From Eubacteriales bacterium (GTDB lineage: Bacteria; Bacillota; Clostridia; Lachnospirales; Lachnospiraceae): 64,000 bases of DNA. The DNA lies in the NCBI GenBank assembly GCA_030524455.1, contig JAUNGT010000011.1, forward strand, positions 5,052-69,051, written 5' to 3'. This document shows, piece by piece, positions 7,994 to 18,118 of this stretch. The notes under the pieces are model-generated. The model had not been told where the DNA came from and searched no databases. It was given only the letters and a program-made list of their open reading frames with translations. Positions within the stretch are counted from its first letter, which is position 1, and every line of letters starts with the position of its first letter. The position numbers were made by a program, and so were the translations under genes.

Positions 7994-8674
7994 ATGAGAT
8001 TATTGATCATAGAGGATGAATACGAGCTGAGACAAATGCTGGAAAAGGGACTTCGCATGGCCGGCTATGAAACGGACTCCTGCGGAAACGGCGCGGAGGG
8101 TCTGGAGCTGGCGCTTTGCGAAGCTTACGATCTGATTCTTCTGGATCTGAATCTGCCGGGTCTGGACGGCATGGAGCTTTTGCGCGCGCTGCGCCGGGAA
8201 AACGAGGAGGTCCGCGTGCTCATCCTTTCCGCCCGGGATTCCCTGTCCGATAAAATCAGCGGACTGGACAGCGGCGCCAACGATTTCCTGACCAAGCCGT
8301 TTCATTTTGAGGAGCTGGAAGCCCGCATCCGAAGCCTTACCCGGCGGCGCTTTCTTCAGCAAAACGTCAACCTGATCTACGGGGAGCTGCATTTTGACAC
8401 ACTCACCCGCATAGCCAGCGTCAACGGTTCGCCGCTGCCGCTGACCAGGAAGGAGACGGGAATCCTGGAATATCTGCTGCTCAACCGTCACCGGATCATC
8501 AGTCAGGAGGAATTGATGGAGCACATCTGGGACGGAAGCGTCAATGAATTCAGCAATTCCACGCGGGTACACATTTCCTCCCTGCGCAAAAAGCTCCGGG
8601 CAGCGCTGGGATATGACCCTGTGGTCAACCGGATCGGCCAGGGATATCATTTGAAGGAGGATTCCAATGCGTAA
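7994..8674 (+). CDS. OmpR-family response regulator
   Basis: Start refined to ATG 7994: MRLLIIEDE, LLDLNLPGLDG, DFLTKPF, RIGQGY. Confidence 0.94.
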   Translation: MRLLIIEDEYELRQMLEKGLRMAGYETDSCGNGAEGLELALCEAYDLILLDLNLPGLDGMELLRALRRENEEVRVLILSARDSLSDKISGLDSGANDFLTKPFHFEELEARIRSLTRRRFLQQNVNLIYGELHFDTLTRIASVNGSPLPLTRKETGILEYLLLNRHRIISQEELMEHIWDGSVNEFSNSTRVHISSLRKKLRAALGYDPVVNRIGQGYHLKEDSNA

Positions 8675-9848
8675 GCTGTCTCTGCGGTGGCGCCTGACGC
8701 TCGCCATGACGCTGCTCTCCGCCTGTGCCTGCCTCACGATGGCGGTTGTCTCCAATCACTATGCACAGGTCCAGATGACGGATCTGGCAGACTTCTCCAT
8801 TGAGGCTGCCGATATCATGCAAAACGGAGAGCTTGAAATCGAGATCGATCCCGGGCTTGAGGATGCGCTGAATTCCCGCGTCCATGCTCAGCTGCGGAGC
8901 CTGAACCGCTGGATCTATCTAAGCTCCCTCCTTGTCATCTGCGCCACGGCAGCTGGCACCTATGTACTGGCCGGACGAATCCTGTCACCTCTGCGCCGTT
9001 TTATCCTCCAAATGGACCAAGTGCAGGCGCAGAACCTGTCGGAGCCGCTGCAAATCCCCGTAAGCCAGGACGAGATCGCACAGCTGACGCATACCTTCAA
9101 CCGGATGCAGCAGCGGTTGAAGGCCTCCTTTGATTCCCAAAAACAATTTGCCTCCAATGCCGCTCATGAGCTGCGGACACCGCTGGCTGTCCTGCAGACC
9201 GGCCTGGAGCTTCTGTTAAAAGAGCCTAACGCGCCGCGGGAAGAGCTGCTGCGCAAAATCACGGACGCCCACGCCCAGACGGAGCGGCTTTCTCATCTGG
9301 TGAGCGAGCTGCTGGAGATGACCCGCCTGGATACCATCGAGCGAAAGGAGCTTATCCCGCTGCACGCGATGCTGGAGGAGCTTTGCTGCGATCTGTACTG
9401 TACCGCCGAAGAGCATCAGGTTTCCCTCCGGCTGACGGGCGGCGACGCGGTTGTCTCTGCCAATGACACCCTGCTGTACCGGGCTTTCTCCAATCTCATT
9501 GAAAATGCGATAAAATACAACCGGCCGGGAGGAAGCGTTACGGTTGACATTGCGCCTGCGGAACAATCCGTCTCCGTCACCGTCACGGACACCGGCGTGG
9601 GGATCCCTCCGGAATCCGCTGTTCTGGTCTTTGAGCCGTTTTACCGCGTCGATCCCTCGCACAGCCGTCCCGGCTCCGGGCTCGGGCTGGCTCTGACGAA
9701 AAAAATACTAACGCTCCACAATGGGACCGTAGAAATTTCCAAAAGCACGCCCGCCGGAACCACGGTGACGGTCACGCTCCGTGCTCCAGCATCGTTTCCA
9801 CAAAAATCCCGTATCCTCTTGTCGAATCGTGGACAAACACATGGGTGA
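8667..9848 (+). CDS. Sensor histidine kinase (HAMP-HisKA-HATPase)
   Basis: Two TMs, HAMP, FASNAAHELRTPL, LIENAIKY, DTGVGI, GSGLGLAL. 3' end overlaps spoIVB on the opposite strand. Confidence 0.93.
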   Translation: MRKLSLRWRLTLAMTLLSACACLTMAVVSNHYAQVQMTDLADFSIEAADIMQNGELEIEIDPGLEDALNSRVHAQLRSLNRWIYLSSLLVICATAAGTYVLAGRILSPLRRFILQMDQVQAQNLSEPLQIPVSQDEIAQLTHTFNRMQQRLKASFDSQKQFASNAAHELRTPLAVLQTGLELLLKEPNAPREELLRKITDAHAQTERLSHLVSELLEMTRLDTIERKELIPLHAMLEELCCDLYCTAEEHQVSLRLTGGDAVVSANDTLLYRAFSNLIENAIKYNRPGGSVTVDIAPAEQSVSVTVTDTGVGIPPESAVLVFEPFYRVDPSHSRPGSGLGLALTKKILTLHNGTVEISKSTPAGTTVTVTLRAPASFPQKSRILLSNRGQTHG

Positions 9849-11121
9849 CCGCCCCCACCAGCTTCCCGTCCTGCAAAATCGGGCTGCCGCTCATCCCCTG
9901 GACGATGCCGCCCGTCTGCCGGATGAGGCGCTCGTCCGTCACCTGCAGTTCGATGCCGCGGTTTACATTGTCATGATTCAGATGAACCGCCCGGATCTGG
10001 ACGGTATAGAGCTGAGGAGCCGTCTGTCCGTCCACGCTGCAGAGAATCTGCGCCTCGCCCAGATGGACGTCCTGCTTTAAGCCGACCGGCATGGCGGCCG
10101 TTTGAATGCTGTCCGCCTTCTCCCGGCTCAGTGTCCCGAAGATTCCCTCCACGGAATTGATCTCAATCGTGCCGATACGGTTTTCCAGATTATAATCGAT
10201 CACTCCGGTCAGCTCGCCGGGCGTTCCGTCCTGTCCCTTTTTGACGGCGATGATCTCCGTCCTGTAAAGACTGCCGCTTTCGACCTCCATCAAAGCCGCG
10301 GTGTCCGCGTCATTGATTCCGTGTCCCAGCGCGCCGAAGGAGGCGTCGGACTTTAAATAGGTCATAGTCCCCACGCCCTGGGCGTTGTCCCGAATCCAGA
10401 TCCCCAGCTTGTAGGCCCCGTCGCGGTCCTGCTCCGGCCTGACCTTCACGTCAAACACCTGTCCGTCCCGCCGGATGGTGAGCACAAGTTCCCGGCCGTT
10501 TGCCTCCGACACCAGCCGGGTGAAGGCCGCCTTGCTTTCCACCTTCTCCCCGTCCGCCTGCAGAATATAGTCTCCGGCCTGCAGAAGGTGCCGGGCCGGT
10601 TCCCGCGTCACATTTCCCAATCCCTCAAATTCCCCCTGGCCGATCACCAAAATCCCGTCCGTCCGGACATAAATTCCGATCGGCACGCCCGCCGGGATCA
10701 GCGACTGGTCCGGAATCACCTGGACGCTCACCCGTTTAAAGGGAATGACGCCAAACAGCTTCACATCCATCGTGTATTCCTGCGTATGGCTGGCCGTGAC
10801 GGTGACCGGGCGGCTCAAATTGACCGGAATCACCTGCGCTTGGGCAGCCAGCCCCGCCGACGATCCTGCCGCCAGTCCTGCCGACGGTTCCGCCGACGTC
10901 CCCAGCGCCGGAAGCGCCTCCTCAAGCCTGTCCTTTTCCAGATAAATTTCCCCTGTGACCGGCGCGTTCAGCGTCAGCTCCTGTTCGATTCCGGCCTTGA
11001 TCCGGATGGAGTCAGGAATTTTTTCCCATGTATGATACAGCCAACCGGCAGCTGCCCCAATCCCGGCGGCCGAAAGAAGCACGGCCAGCGACGCCTTCCA
11101 AAAAGCTTTCCTTCTTCTCAC
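9772..11121 (-). CDS. spoIVB: SpoIVB serine peptidase (S55)
   Basis: PDZ region, LGIWIRD, FGALGHGI, GGIVQGMSGSPILQDGKLVGAVTHVF; directly downstream of recN. Confidence 0.96.
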   Translation of the reverse strand: MRRRKAFWKASLAVLLSAAGIGAAAGWLYHTWEKIPDSIRIKAGIEQELTLNAPVTGEIYLEKDRLEEALPALGTSAEPSAGLAAGSSAGLAAQAQVIPVNLSRPVTVTASHTQEYTMDVKLFGVIPFKRVSVQVIPDQSLIPAGVPIGIYVRTDGILVIGQGEFEGLGNVTREPARHLLQAGDYILQADGEKVESKAAFTRLVSEANGRELVLTIRRDGQVFDVKVRPEQDRDGAYKLGIWIRDNAQGVGTMTYLKSDASFGALGHGINDADTAALMEVESGSLYRTEIIAVKKGQDGTPGELTGVIDYNLENRIGTIEINSVEGIFGTLSREKADSIQTAAMPVGLKQDVHLGEAQILCSVDGQTAPQLYTVQIRAVHLNHDNVNRGIELQVTDERLIRQTGGIVQGMSGSPILQDGKLVGAVTHVFVHDSTRGYGIFVETMLEHGA

Positions 11122-11205
11122 ATCCGTCCCTTCCTTTCCACAGAATGCTTTGCTTCAAAACAAAAAAGAGAACGTCCTGAAACGTCCTCCTTAGTATGTT
11201 CGCTT

Positions 11206-12879
11206 CTATTTATTTTTCTCTGCCAATTCTTTCATCTGACGGGCATTTTCCAGCGCGCCCGGCGTAAGCTGCGCCGCTCCGGACAGTCTTGCCAATTCCT
11301 GTAAGCTCTCCTCGCCGTTCAGCTCGTTGATCGTCGTCGCCGTGGAATCGCCCACCGCATTTTTTTCAATATAAAAATGATGATCGGCCATGGCAGCGAT
11401 CTGCGGAAGATGGGTGATACAGATAATCTGGTGGGTTTTTGCCAGAATCCCCAGCTTATGGGCCACCTTCCAGGCGGTCCTGCCGCTGATGCCCGCATCG
11501 ATTTCGTCAAAAATAAAGGTTCCGATGGTCTCCTGTCTGGCGGTGATCGTCTTGAGCGCCAGCATAATGCGGGACAGCTCGCCCCCGCTGGCGATGGAAG
11601 CCAGAGGCTTTACCGGTTCTCCGGGATTTGTGGAGATCATAAACACCGCATCGTCCGCCCCGTCCGATCCAAAGCTCCCCTTCGGAGTCAGAGAAACCGC
11701 AAATTCCACATGAAGGAAATTCATATCCTGCAGGGCTGCCTGCATGTCCCGGCAAAAATCTGCGGCCGCCTTCCTGCGCAGAGCCGACAGCTCACCCGCC
11801 TTTTTTTCCAGCTGCTTTCGGGCGGCTGCGAGCTCCCCGCGCTTTTTTTCCAGCCACTCGTCCTGGTGCAGCAGCCGCTCCAGCTCCTCCTGCCTGTGCT
11901 CCGCGTAGGCAAGCACGTCCGCAATCGTCCTGCCATACTTGTCCTTGAGCCTGTTGATATAGTTTAACCGTTCTTCCGTATTTTTAAACGTTTCCCCGTC
12001 AAATTCCAAATCGGAAAGATAATCGGAAACCGCACGGTTGAAATCGTTGAGCAGGCCGTCCACCTCGGAGAGCTGGCGGTAAAATTCCTCCAGCCCTTCA
12101 TCACATGAAACCACGCTGCCCAGCTCCCGCAGCGCCCTTCCGATCGCCTCGCCCGCCCCGTCTCCGCTCTCATAGCCGGTCAGCCCATGCACGGCTCCAA
12201 GCGCCTCCGCAATCCGCCGTCCGTTGACCATGCGGCGGTAATCCCGCTCCAGCTGTTCGTCCTCCCCTGCTGTCAGGGCCGCCTCTGCGATCTCGTCCAG
12301 CTCAAACTGCGCCAGGGAAAGCTCCCGCTTGCGCGCCGCCTCATCCAGCCCGTTTTCCCGGAGCTGCCTTTCCAGCTCTCCGCACCTTCTCCAGCATTCC
12401 TGATAGGAGGCCCGGACTGTGGGCAGCTCTCCGCCCGCATAGCCGTCCAGGATCTCCAGGTGTCGCTTTGTCTGCAGCAGAATCTGGCTGTCATGCTGTC
12501 CGTGGATATCGATGAGCAGGCCGGCAAGCTCCCTCAGGGCGCGCACGTTCACCGTCTCTCCGTTGACGCGGCAAATACTTCTGGAGGGCATCACCCGGCG
12601 CTGCAGGATCACCTGATTGTCCTCCATGGGAATCTCCATCGCCTCCAGGGCACAGCGCACCGGCTCCGTCACCTCGAAGGTGAGCTCGATCAGCGCATAA
12701 TCCGCCCCGGTCCGAATCATATCCTTCTCCGCCTTGCCGCCCAGGGCCAGCGCCACGGAGCCCAAAATCACGGACTTTCCGGCGCCGGTTTCTCCGGTCA
12801 GGATATTTAAGCCCTCCCCGAAAAGCACCTCCGTCTCCTGAATCAGCGCCAGATTTTTTACATGTAAGCTTACTAACAC
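11206..12879 (-). CDS. recN: DNA repair protein RecN
   Basis: LTGETGAGKS, ASGGELSRIMLALK, IFDEIDAGISG, CITHLPQIA. Confidence 0.98.
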   Translation of the reverse strand: MLVSLHVKNLALIQETEVLFGEGLNILTGETGAGKSVILGSVALALGGKAEKDMIRTGADYALIELTFEVTEPVRCALEAMEIPMEDNQVILQRRVMPSRSICRVNGETVNVRALRELAGLLIDIHGQHDSQILLQTKRHLEILDGYAGGELPTVRASYQECWRRCGELERQLRENGLDEAARKRELSLAQFELDEIAEAALTAGEDEQLERDYRRMVNGRRIAEALGAVHGLTGYESGDGAGEAIGRALRELGSVVSCDEGLEEFYRQLSEVDGLLNDFNRAVSDYLSDLEFDGETFKNTEERLNYINRLKDKYGRTIADVLAYAEHRQEELERLLHQDEWLEKKRGELAAARKQLEKKAGELSALRRKAAADFCRDMQAALQDMNFLHVEFAVSLTPKGSFGSDGADDAVFMISTNPGEPVKPLASIASGGELSRIMLALKTITARQETIGTFIFDEIDAGISGRTAWKVAHKLGILAKTHQIICITHLPQIAAMADHHFYIEKNAVGDSTATTINELNGEESLQELARLSGAAQLTPGALENARQMKELAEKNK

Positions 12880-12883
12880 CCTT

Positions 12884-13354
12884 TTACTCCTTTGTCCCCT
12901 TATGGATCAGCTCCCTGATTTTTCCCATCAGGATCTTTGTATCCTCTACGGAACGCACCGCCACCATGATGGTGTCGTCCCCCGCGATACAGCCCACCAC
13001 CTCGTCGAAGCGCAGGGCGTCCAGCGCCATGGCAACCGCCATAGCCATGCCCGAGACCGTCCGCAGCACCAGGATATTCTGCGCCATATCCATGGACGCA
13101 AACCCATCCCGCAGCACCCGGATATATTTGTCGGACATTTCCTTCTTTTCGTCCTCCTGCTTCAGGATCACATATTTCTGCCTGCCATTGCCCGCCGGGA
13201 GCTTGGAAAGCTTCATCTGCCGGATATCCCGTGAAATCGTGGCCTGGGTGACGGCAAAGCCCGCTTCCTTGAGCCGCTCCGCCAGCTCCTCCTGGGTCTC
13301 GATCTCGTATTTGGATACCAGCTCTGCAATTTTCTGATGTCTGTTCTGTTTCAT
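12884..13354 (-). CDS. argR: Arginine repressor
   Basis: IETQEEL, VTQATISRDI, GCIAGDDTI. Confidence 0.97.
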   Translation of the reverse strand: MKQNRHQKIAELVSKYEIETQEELAERLKEAGFAVTQATISRDIRQMKLSKLPAGNGRQKYVILKQEDEKKEMSDKYIRVLRDGFASMDMAQNILVLRTVSGMAMAVAMALDALRFDEVVGCIAGDDTIMVAVRSVEDTKILMGKIRELIHKGTKE

Positions 13355-13381
13355 ACTCGCTCCGTGTCTGCCTCTGCTGCC

Positions 13382-14233
13382 CTATTCGCTCATTTTTCGG
13401 TGCAGCACATTCAAAAAACTGTCCTCTCCAAGCTTGATAATGGAGGTGGCGCGGTCGCTCCTTGTGACGCGCACCTCATCCCCCGGCGCCAGCTCCAGGT
13501 TCCTGCCCCCGTCGAAGCAGGCCTCAATCCCGGTCTCCTCCCTGTCCTCCTTGCCGGTGATGCGGATGACAATCTCATCCTCCGCGCTCAGGATTACGCT
13601 TCTGGTCTGCAGCGTGTGAGGACAGACCGGGGTCAGCACGATCAGCCTGGCTCCCGGCTCCACAATGGGCCCGCCCGCCGACATGTTATAGCCCGTGGAG
13701 CCTGTCGGCGTGGCCACAATGATGCCGTCCGCATGGTACTCCTTCAGCAGCCTCCCGTTGACCAGAATCTGAAAGTAGAGCATCCGCAGGTGTCCGCACC
13801 GGGTGATGGTAATGTCATTCAGGGAACAGGCCTCTTCCCGCACCCGTCCCTGGCGCACCACCTGTCCGGCCAGCATCATCCGTTCCTCCACCTGGTAGTC
13901 TCCCCGCAAAAGCCTCTCCAACGCCTGCTCTATGCCGGCCGTCTCCACCTCCGCCAGAAAGCCCAGCGTTCCGAGATTGACGCCCAGAAGGGGGATCGCG
14001 CTGTCCGCGGTATCCCTGGCCGCCCGCAGCAGCGTCCCGTCGCCGCCCAGTACCAGGATCCCGTCGGTTTGCTCCCCCTCACGCTTTAAAATCTGCCTCC
14101 AGTGCTCCGTCTCCAGCTCGTCTGCGTAGACGCTGCAGGAGGCGCCGTTTTTTTCCAGGAAAGCCCTCACGCGTCCCGTGACGGAAAGCTCCGGGTCCTT
14201 GGGCCTGTTGGTGATTATGATATAATGTTTCAT
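13382..14233 (-). CDS. nadK: NAD kinase
   Basis: Start refined to ATG 14233; LGGDGTLL, GVNLGTLGFL, LND, ATPTGSTGYNMSAGGP. Confidence 0.96.
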   Translation of the reverse strand: MKHYIIITNRPKDPELSVTGRVRAFLEKNGASCSVYADELETEHWRQILKREGEQTDGILVLGGDGTLLRAARDTADSAIPLLGVNLGTLGFLAEVETAGIEQALERLLRGDYQVEERMMLAGQVVRQGRVREEACSLNDITITRCGHLRMLYFQILVNGRLLKEYHADGIIVATPTGSTGYNMSAGGPIVEPGARLIVLTPVCPHTLQTRSVILSAEDEIVIRITGKEDREETGIEACFDGGRNLELAPGDEVRVTRSDRATSIIKLGEDSFLNVLHRKMSE

Positions 14234-14250
14234 CTCTTCCTCTTTGGGCC

Positions 14251-15135
14251 TCATGGCTTGTGGAGCTCCTGATGGGCTCCCACCACCGTCCCGGCAATCA
14301 GCTCTGCCCTGTCCCGGGAAGCGCCGATTCCCGCCTTCTCCGTCTCCTCAAGCTGCCGCAGGGCCTTCTGCTCGTCGGAGGGCAGGCTCTCCTCCTGCGC
14401 CGCTTTTTTTTCCAGAAAAATCAGATACTCGATATTGCCCTCCGGCCCCCGGATGGGCGACCAGGTCAGGCCCAGGATCTCAAACTGCAAAAGCCCTGCA
14501 AAATCCATCACCCGACCGATCACCTCCCGGTGCACCGCCGGCTCCCTGACTACGCCCTTCTTGCCCACCTTCTCCCGTCCGGCCTCGAACTGAGGCTTGA
14601 TCAGGCAGACCATCCGGCCGCCGTCCTTCAACAGCCTTCTGGCCGGCAGCAAAATCCGGGTCAGGGAGATGAAGGAGACGTCCACGGAAGCAAAATCCAG
14701 ATCGTCCGCAATGTCCTCCCGCACCATATAGCGGAAATTGGTCTTCTCCATACAGACGACCCGCTCATCCTGCCGCAGCTTCCAGGCCAGCTGCCCCTGC
14801 CCCACATCCACGGAATAGACCTTCCGCGCGCCGTTCTGCAGCATACAGTCGGTAAAGCCGCCGGTGGATGCGCCGATATCCATGCACACCGTTCCCTCCA
14901 GGCAGATGGGAAAGCTCGCCATGGCCTTCTCCAGCTTGAGACCGCCCCGGCTCACATACCGGAGCGCAGCGCCCTTGACCTCGATGAGGGCCTTGTCCGG
15001 GTCAAACATGGCTCCTGCCTTGTCCTCCCGCTGTCCCCGGACGAACACCTGTCCCGCCATAATCACCGCCTTGGCCTTCTCCCTGGATTCCGCCAGCCCC
15101 CGCTGCACCAGCAGCACATCCAAACGCTCCTTCAT
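14251..15135 (-). CDS. tlyA: TlyA-family rRNA methyltransferase
   Basis: KERLDVLL, YVSRGGLKL, DIGASTGGFTD, LIKPQFEAG, GPEGNIEY. Confidence 0.96.
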   Translation of the reverse strand: MKERLDVLLVQRGLAESREKAKAVIMAGQVFVRGQREDKAGAMFDPDKALIEVKGAALRYVSRGGLKLEKAMASFPICLEGTVCMDIGASTGGFTDCMLQNGARKVYSVDVGQGQLAWKLRQDERVVCMEKTNFRYMVREDIADDLDFASVDVSFISLTRILLPARRLLKDGGRMVCLIKPQFEAGREKVGKKGVVREPAVHREVIGRVMDFAGLLQFEILGLTWSPIRGPEGNIEYLIFLEKKAAQEESLPSDEQKALRQLEETEKAGIGASRDRAELIAGTVVGAHQELHKP

Positions 15136-16994
15136 CCCTGCAAAAGCTCCCTTTCTATCTTTTCAAAGATCGCATCCGCACTGATTCCGATCTCCTGCTT
15201 TAAAATATCCACGTTTCCGTGCTCCACATATTCGTCCGGAATCGCCACCGGAAGTACCCGCGCCGGAAGCTTCTCCCGGTACACAAGCTCCTCCACCTTC
15301 TCCCCGAAGGCTCCGCTGGCCACGTTCTCCTCCATCGGAACCAGCAGGTCATGCGTCTGCGCTGCGCTGCGCACCGCCTCCTCGTCAATGGGCTTGACAA
15401 ACCGGGCATTGATCAGGCTGCAGGCATATCCGGCGGCCTTTAACCGTTCCCGGACCTCCAGCGCGGTCTTTACCATGCTTCCCACCGCGAAAAGGGCAAT
15501 GCCGCTCTCCTCAAAAATGATCTCGCTCTTTCCCAGCTGGACGGGCTGACGGTATTGCGCCAGCCCGTCGAAGGCTTCTCCCCTGGGATAACGGATCGCG
15601 ATCGGTCCCTGAAAGCCGTAGGCAAACTTCATCATATCGGAAAGCTCCCACTTGTTTTTGGGCGCCATGATGTGCATATTCGGGATGGACGAGAGGAAGG
15701 ACAGGTCAAATATTCCCTGGTGCGTCTCCCCGTCGCTTCCCACCAGACCGGCCCGGTCAATGGCAAAAATCACCGGCAGGTTCTGCAGACAGACATCGTG
15801 CAGAATCTGATCGTAGGCTCTCTGCAGAAAGGAGGAGTAGATTGCCACCACCGGGTGCAGTCCGCCCACGGCCAGTCCCGCCGCAAAGGTCACCGCATGC
15901 TCCTCCGCAATCCCGACGTCGAAAAAGCGCTCCGGATAGACGCTTCGAAACCGCTTCAGGCCCGTGCCGTCCGGCATGGCCGCCGTGATCGCCACCACAT
16001 CATCATGCCGGGCCGCCAGCTTCAGCATCACCGTGGAAAAAATATCCGTATAGTTCGCCTTCGTCTTTTTTTTCAGAGGGATCCCAGTCTCCACATCGAA
16101 GGGCTCCGCCCCGTGGAAGCGGGCCGGATGCTTCTCCGCCGGGCCATAGCCTTTGCCCTTCTGGGTCATCACATGGATCAGCACGCAGTTTTTGCGGCGC
16201 TTGGCCTCCCGGATCACGCGCACCAGGCCGTTCACGTCATGGCCGTCCACCGGCCCCAGATAGGTGATGCCGATATCCTCAAACCACATGCCCGGGATTA
16301 CGAGCTGCTTTAAGCTGTTCTTGACGCGGCGCACGCCGGTGACCACACCGTCCCCGTAGCGGGTGTTGCGAATCGCGTCATAAATATTGTCCTTGATATC
16401 CAGATAAGCGTTGGAGGTGCGGATATTGTTCAGATACTTGGACACGCCGCCCACATTTTCCGAGATGGACATGTTGTTGTCATTTAAAATAATAATGAAG
16501 TTTGTCTCCATCCGGGCCGCATTGTTTAACGCCTCGTAGGCCATGCCTCCGGTCAGCGCCCCGTCCCCGATCACGGAGACCACGGTGTTGTCCTTCCCCC
16601 GGATATCCCTGGCTCTCACAAGGCCCAGGCCTGCGGAGATCGAGGTGGAGGAATGTCCCGTATCAAAGCTGTCGCAGTCGCTCTCCTTGCGCTTGGGAAA
16701 ACCGCTCATGCCGCCATATTTGCGGAGCTGGTCAAAGCCCTCCCTCCGTCCGGTCAGAAGCTTATGCGTATAGGACTGGTGCCCCACATCCCACACGATC
16801 TTGTCCTCCGGCAGATTCAGTGCGATGTGCAGGGCCATGGTCAGCTCCACCGCTCCCAGGTTGGAGCCCAGGTGGCCGCCGGTGACGCTGATCTTCCCGA
16901 TCAGAAAACGCCGGATCTCCTCCGCCAGCTGGGGATAGTCCTTCGGATTTATTTTTTTGATATCATTTGTCTGCTGTATCTGTTCCAGAAGCAT
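15132..16994 (-). CDS. dxs: 1-deoxy-D-xylulose-5-phosphate synthase
   Basis: GGHLGSNLG, WDVGHQSY, GDGALTGGMAYEALNN, DVGIAEEHA, DRAGLVG. Confidence 0.98.
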   Translation of the reverse strand: MLLEQIQQTNDIKKINPKDYPQLAEEIRRFLIGKISVTGGHLGSNLGAVELTMALHIALNLPEDKIVWDVGHQSYTHKLLTGRREGFDQLRKYGGMSGFPKRKESDCDSFDTGHSSTSISAGLGLVRARDIRGKDNTVVSVIGDGALTGGMAYEALNNAARMETNFIIILNDNNMSISENVGGVSKYLNNIRTSNAYLDIKDNIYDAIRNTRYGDGVVTGVRRVKNSLKQLVIPGMWFEDIGITYLGPVDGHDVNGLVRVIREAKRRKNCVLIHVMTQKGKGYGPAEKHPARFHGAEPFDVETGIPLKKKTKANYTDIFSTVMLKLAARHDDVVAITAAMPDGTGLKRFRSVYPERFFDVGIAEEHAVTFAAGLAVGGLHPVVAIYSSFLQRAYDQILHDVCLQNLPVIFAIDRAGLVGSDGETHQGIFDLSFLSSIPNMHIMAPKNKWELSDMMKFAYGFQGPIAIRYPRGEAFDGLAQYRQPVQLGKSEIIFEESGIALFAVGSMVKTALEVRERLKAAGYACSLINARFVKPIDEEAVRSAAQTHDLLVPMEENVASGAFGEKVEELVYREKLPARVLPVAIPDEYVEHGNVDILKQEIGISADAIFEKIERELLQG

Positions 16995-17007
16995 GAGAAG
17001 CCTCCTT

Positions 17008-17913
17008 TTATTTTTCGCGGGTAATCAGACCGGTCACCAGCTCCTCCAAAAACAGGTTCCGCTGCGGGAAGGAGGTCAGGATCAAAAGAGCCTCCCGGGA
17101 CAGGCGCTGTACGTCCTCCCTGGATTTCTCCAAACCATTCAGGCTCACATAGGTGACCTTATGATTCTTCTCATCGCTTCCCACCGGCTTTCCGAGTACC
17201 TCCAAAGAGCCGGTCACATCCAGAATGTCATCCTGAATCTGGAAGGCGATACCGATGTTTTCTGCCGCCTGCTCCAGACGCTTCACTGTCTCCCCGGGCG
17301 CGCCGGCCAGCACCGCTCCGATCATGAAAGCCGCCTCAATCAGGGCAGCCGTCTTGTTCTTATGAATATACCAGAGCAGCTGTCCCGTCACCTGCTCCGC
17401 CGGATATTCCTCCGCGCAGATGTCTGCGCACTGTCCGCCCACCATCCCGTAAATTCCGGCCTTTTGGGCCAGAATCTGCAGGGAACGGGCCGCCGCCCGG
17501 TAAGCCTCCGGGCTGTCCGCCAGATCAAAGGCCCTGCCCGCCGTCTCGAAGGCATAATTTAACAGCGCATCGCCGGCCAGCACCGCCATCCCCTCGCCGT
17601 ACACATTCCAGGTCGTCTTCCTGCCCCGGCGGTACTCGTCGTTGTCCATGGCGGGAAGATCGTCGTGCACCAGGGAATAATTGTGAATCATCTCCAGCGC
17701 CGCCATAAAGGGCTCCGCCAGCTTTCCCGTACCGCCGCAGAGCCGGAAGCTCTCCGCAAGGAGCACCGGGCGCAGCCTCTTGCCCCCGGCAAGCACGCTG
17801 TAATTCATCGCCTCCAGCACCCTTCTCTGATAGCCCTCCTCCCGGGGCAGATACTGCTTCAGCACCTGCTCCGCCTCCTGCGTCCGCTGCCTTAACTGCT
17901 CCTCAAAACTCAT
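17008..17913 (-). CDS. ispA: Farnesyl/geranyl diphosphate synthase
   Basis: [37 protein letters not shown]. Confidence 0.95.
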   Translation of the reverse strand: MSFEEQLRQRTQEAEQVLKQYLPREEGYQRRVLEAMNYSVLAGGKRLRPVLLAESFRLCGGTGKLAEPFMAALEMIHNYSLVHDDLPAMDNDEYRRGRKTTWNVYGEGMAVLAGDALLNYAFETAGRAFDLADSPEAYRAAARSLQILAQKAGIYGMVGGQCADICAEEYPAEQVTGQLLWYIHKNKTAALIEAAFMIGAVLAGAPGETVKRLEQAAENIGIAFQIQDDILDVTGSLEVLGKPVGSDEKNHKVTYVSLNGLEKSREDVQRLSREALLILTSFPQRNLFLEELVTGLITREK

Positions 17914-18118
17914 CCAGCTTTCCCTCCCCGTTCAGCACAAGCACCTTCTTCTCCACCTTGTCGATGCTCTCATTACAGTATTTTAAAAGCTCCATGCCCT
18001 TCTGATAGACGCGGAAGGAATCCTCCAGGGACAGCTTCTCGTCCTCCAGTGATCTTGTCACTTCCTCCAGCTGGGCAAACGCCTCCTCCAGCGTCAGCTT
18101 CCTATCGGCTGCTTCCAT
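17903..18118 (-). CDS. xseB: Exodeoxyribonuclease VII small subunit
   Basis: Start refined to ATG 18118: LEEAFAQLEEV...LSLEDSFRVYQKGMELL; lies between xseA and ispA. Confidence 0.93.
   Translation of the reverse strand: MEAADRKLTLEEAFAQLEEVTRSLEDEKLSLEDSFRVYQKGMELLKYCNESIDKVEKKVLVLNGEGKLDEF

Noticed and set aside
9820-9826. Perfect Spo0A box TGTCGAA at the spoIVB 3' end
   Set aside because: Inside coding sequence; several copies of any 7-mer are expected by chance in 64 kb on both strands (another is in yqeG).
10845-10900. Short in-frame duplication in spoIVB (SAGLAAG/SAGLAAQ); similar DGQE repeats in the transglutaminase-like gene
   Set aside because: Two-unit slippage in variable loops with no sign of function.
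11192-11198. Sigma-G/F-like -10 (CATACTA) upstream of spoIVB
   Set aside because: No matching -35 at the required spacing, so the promoter cannot be supported.
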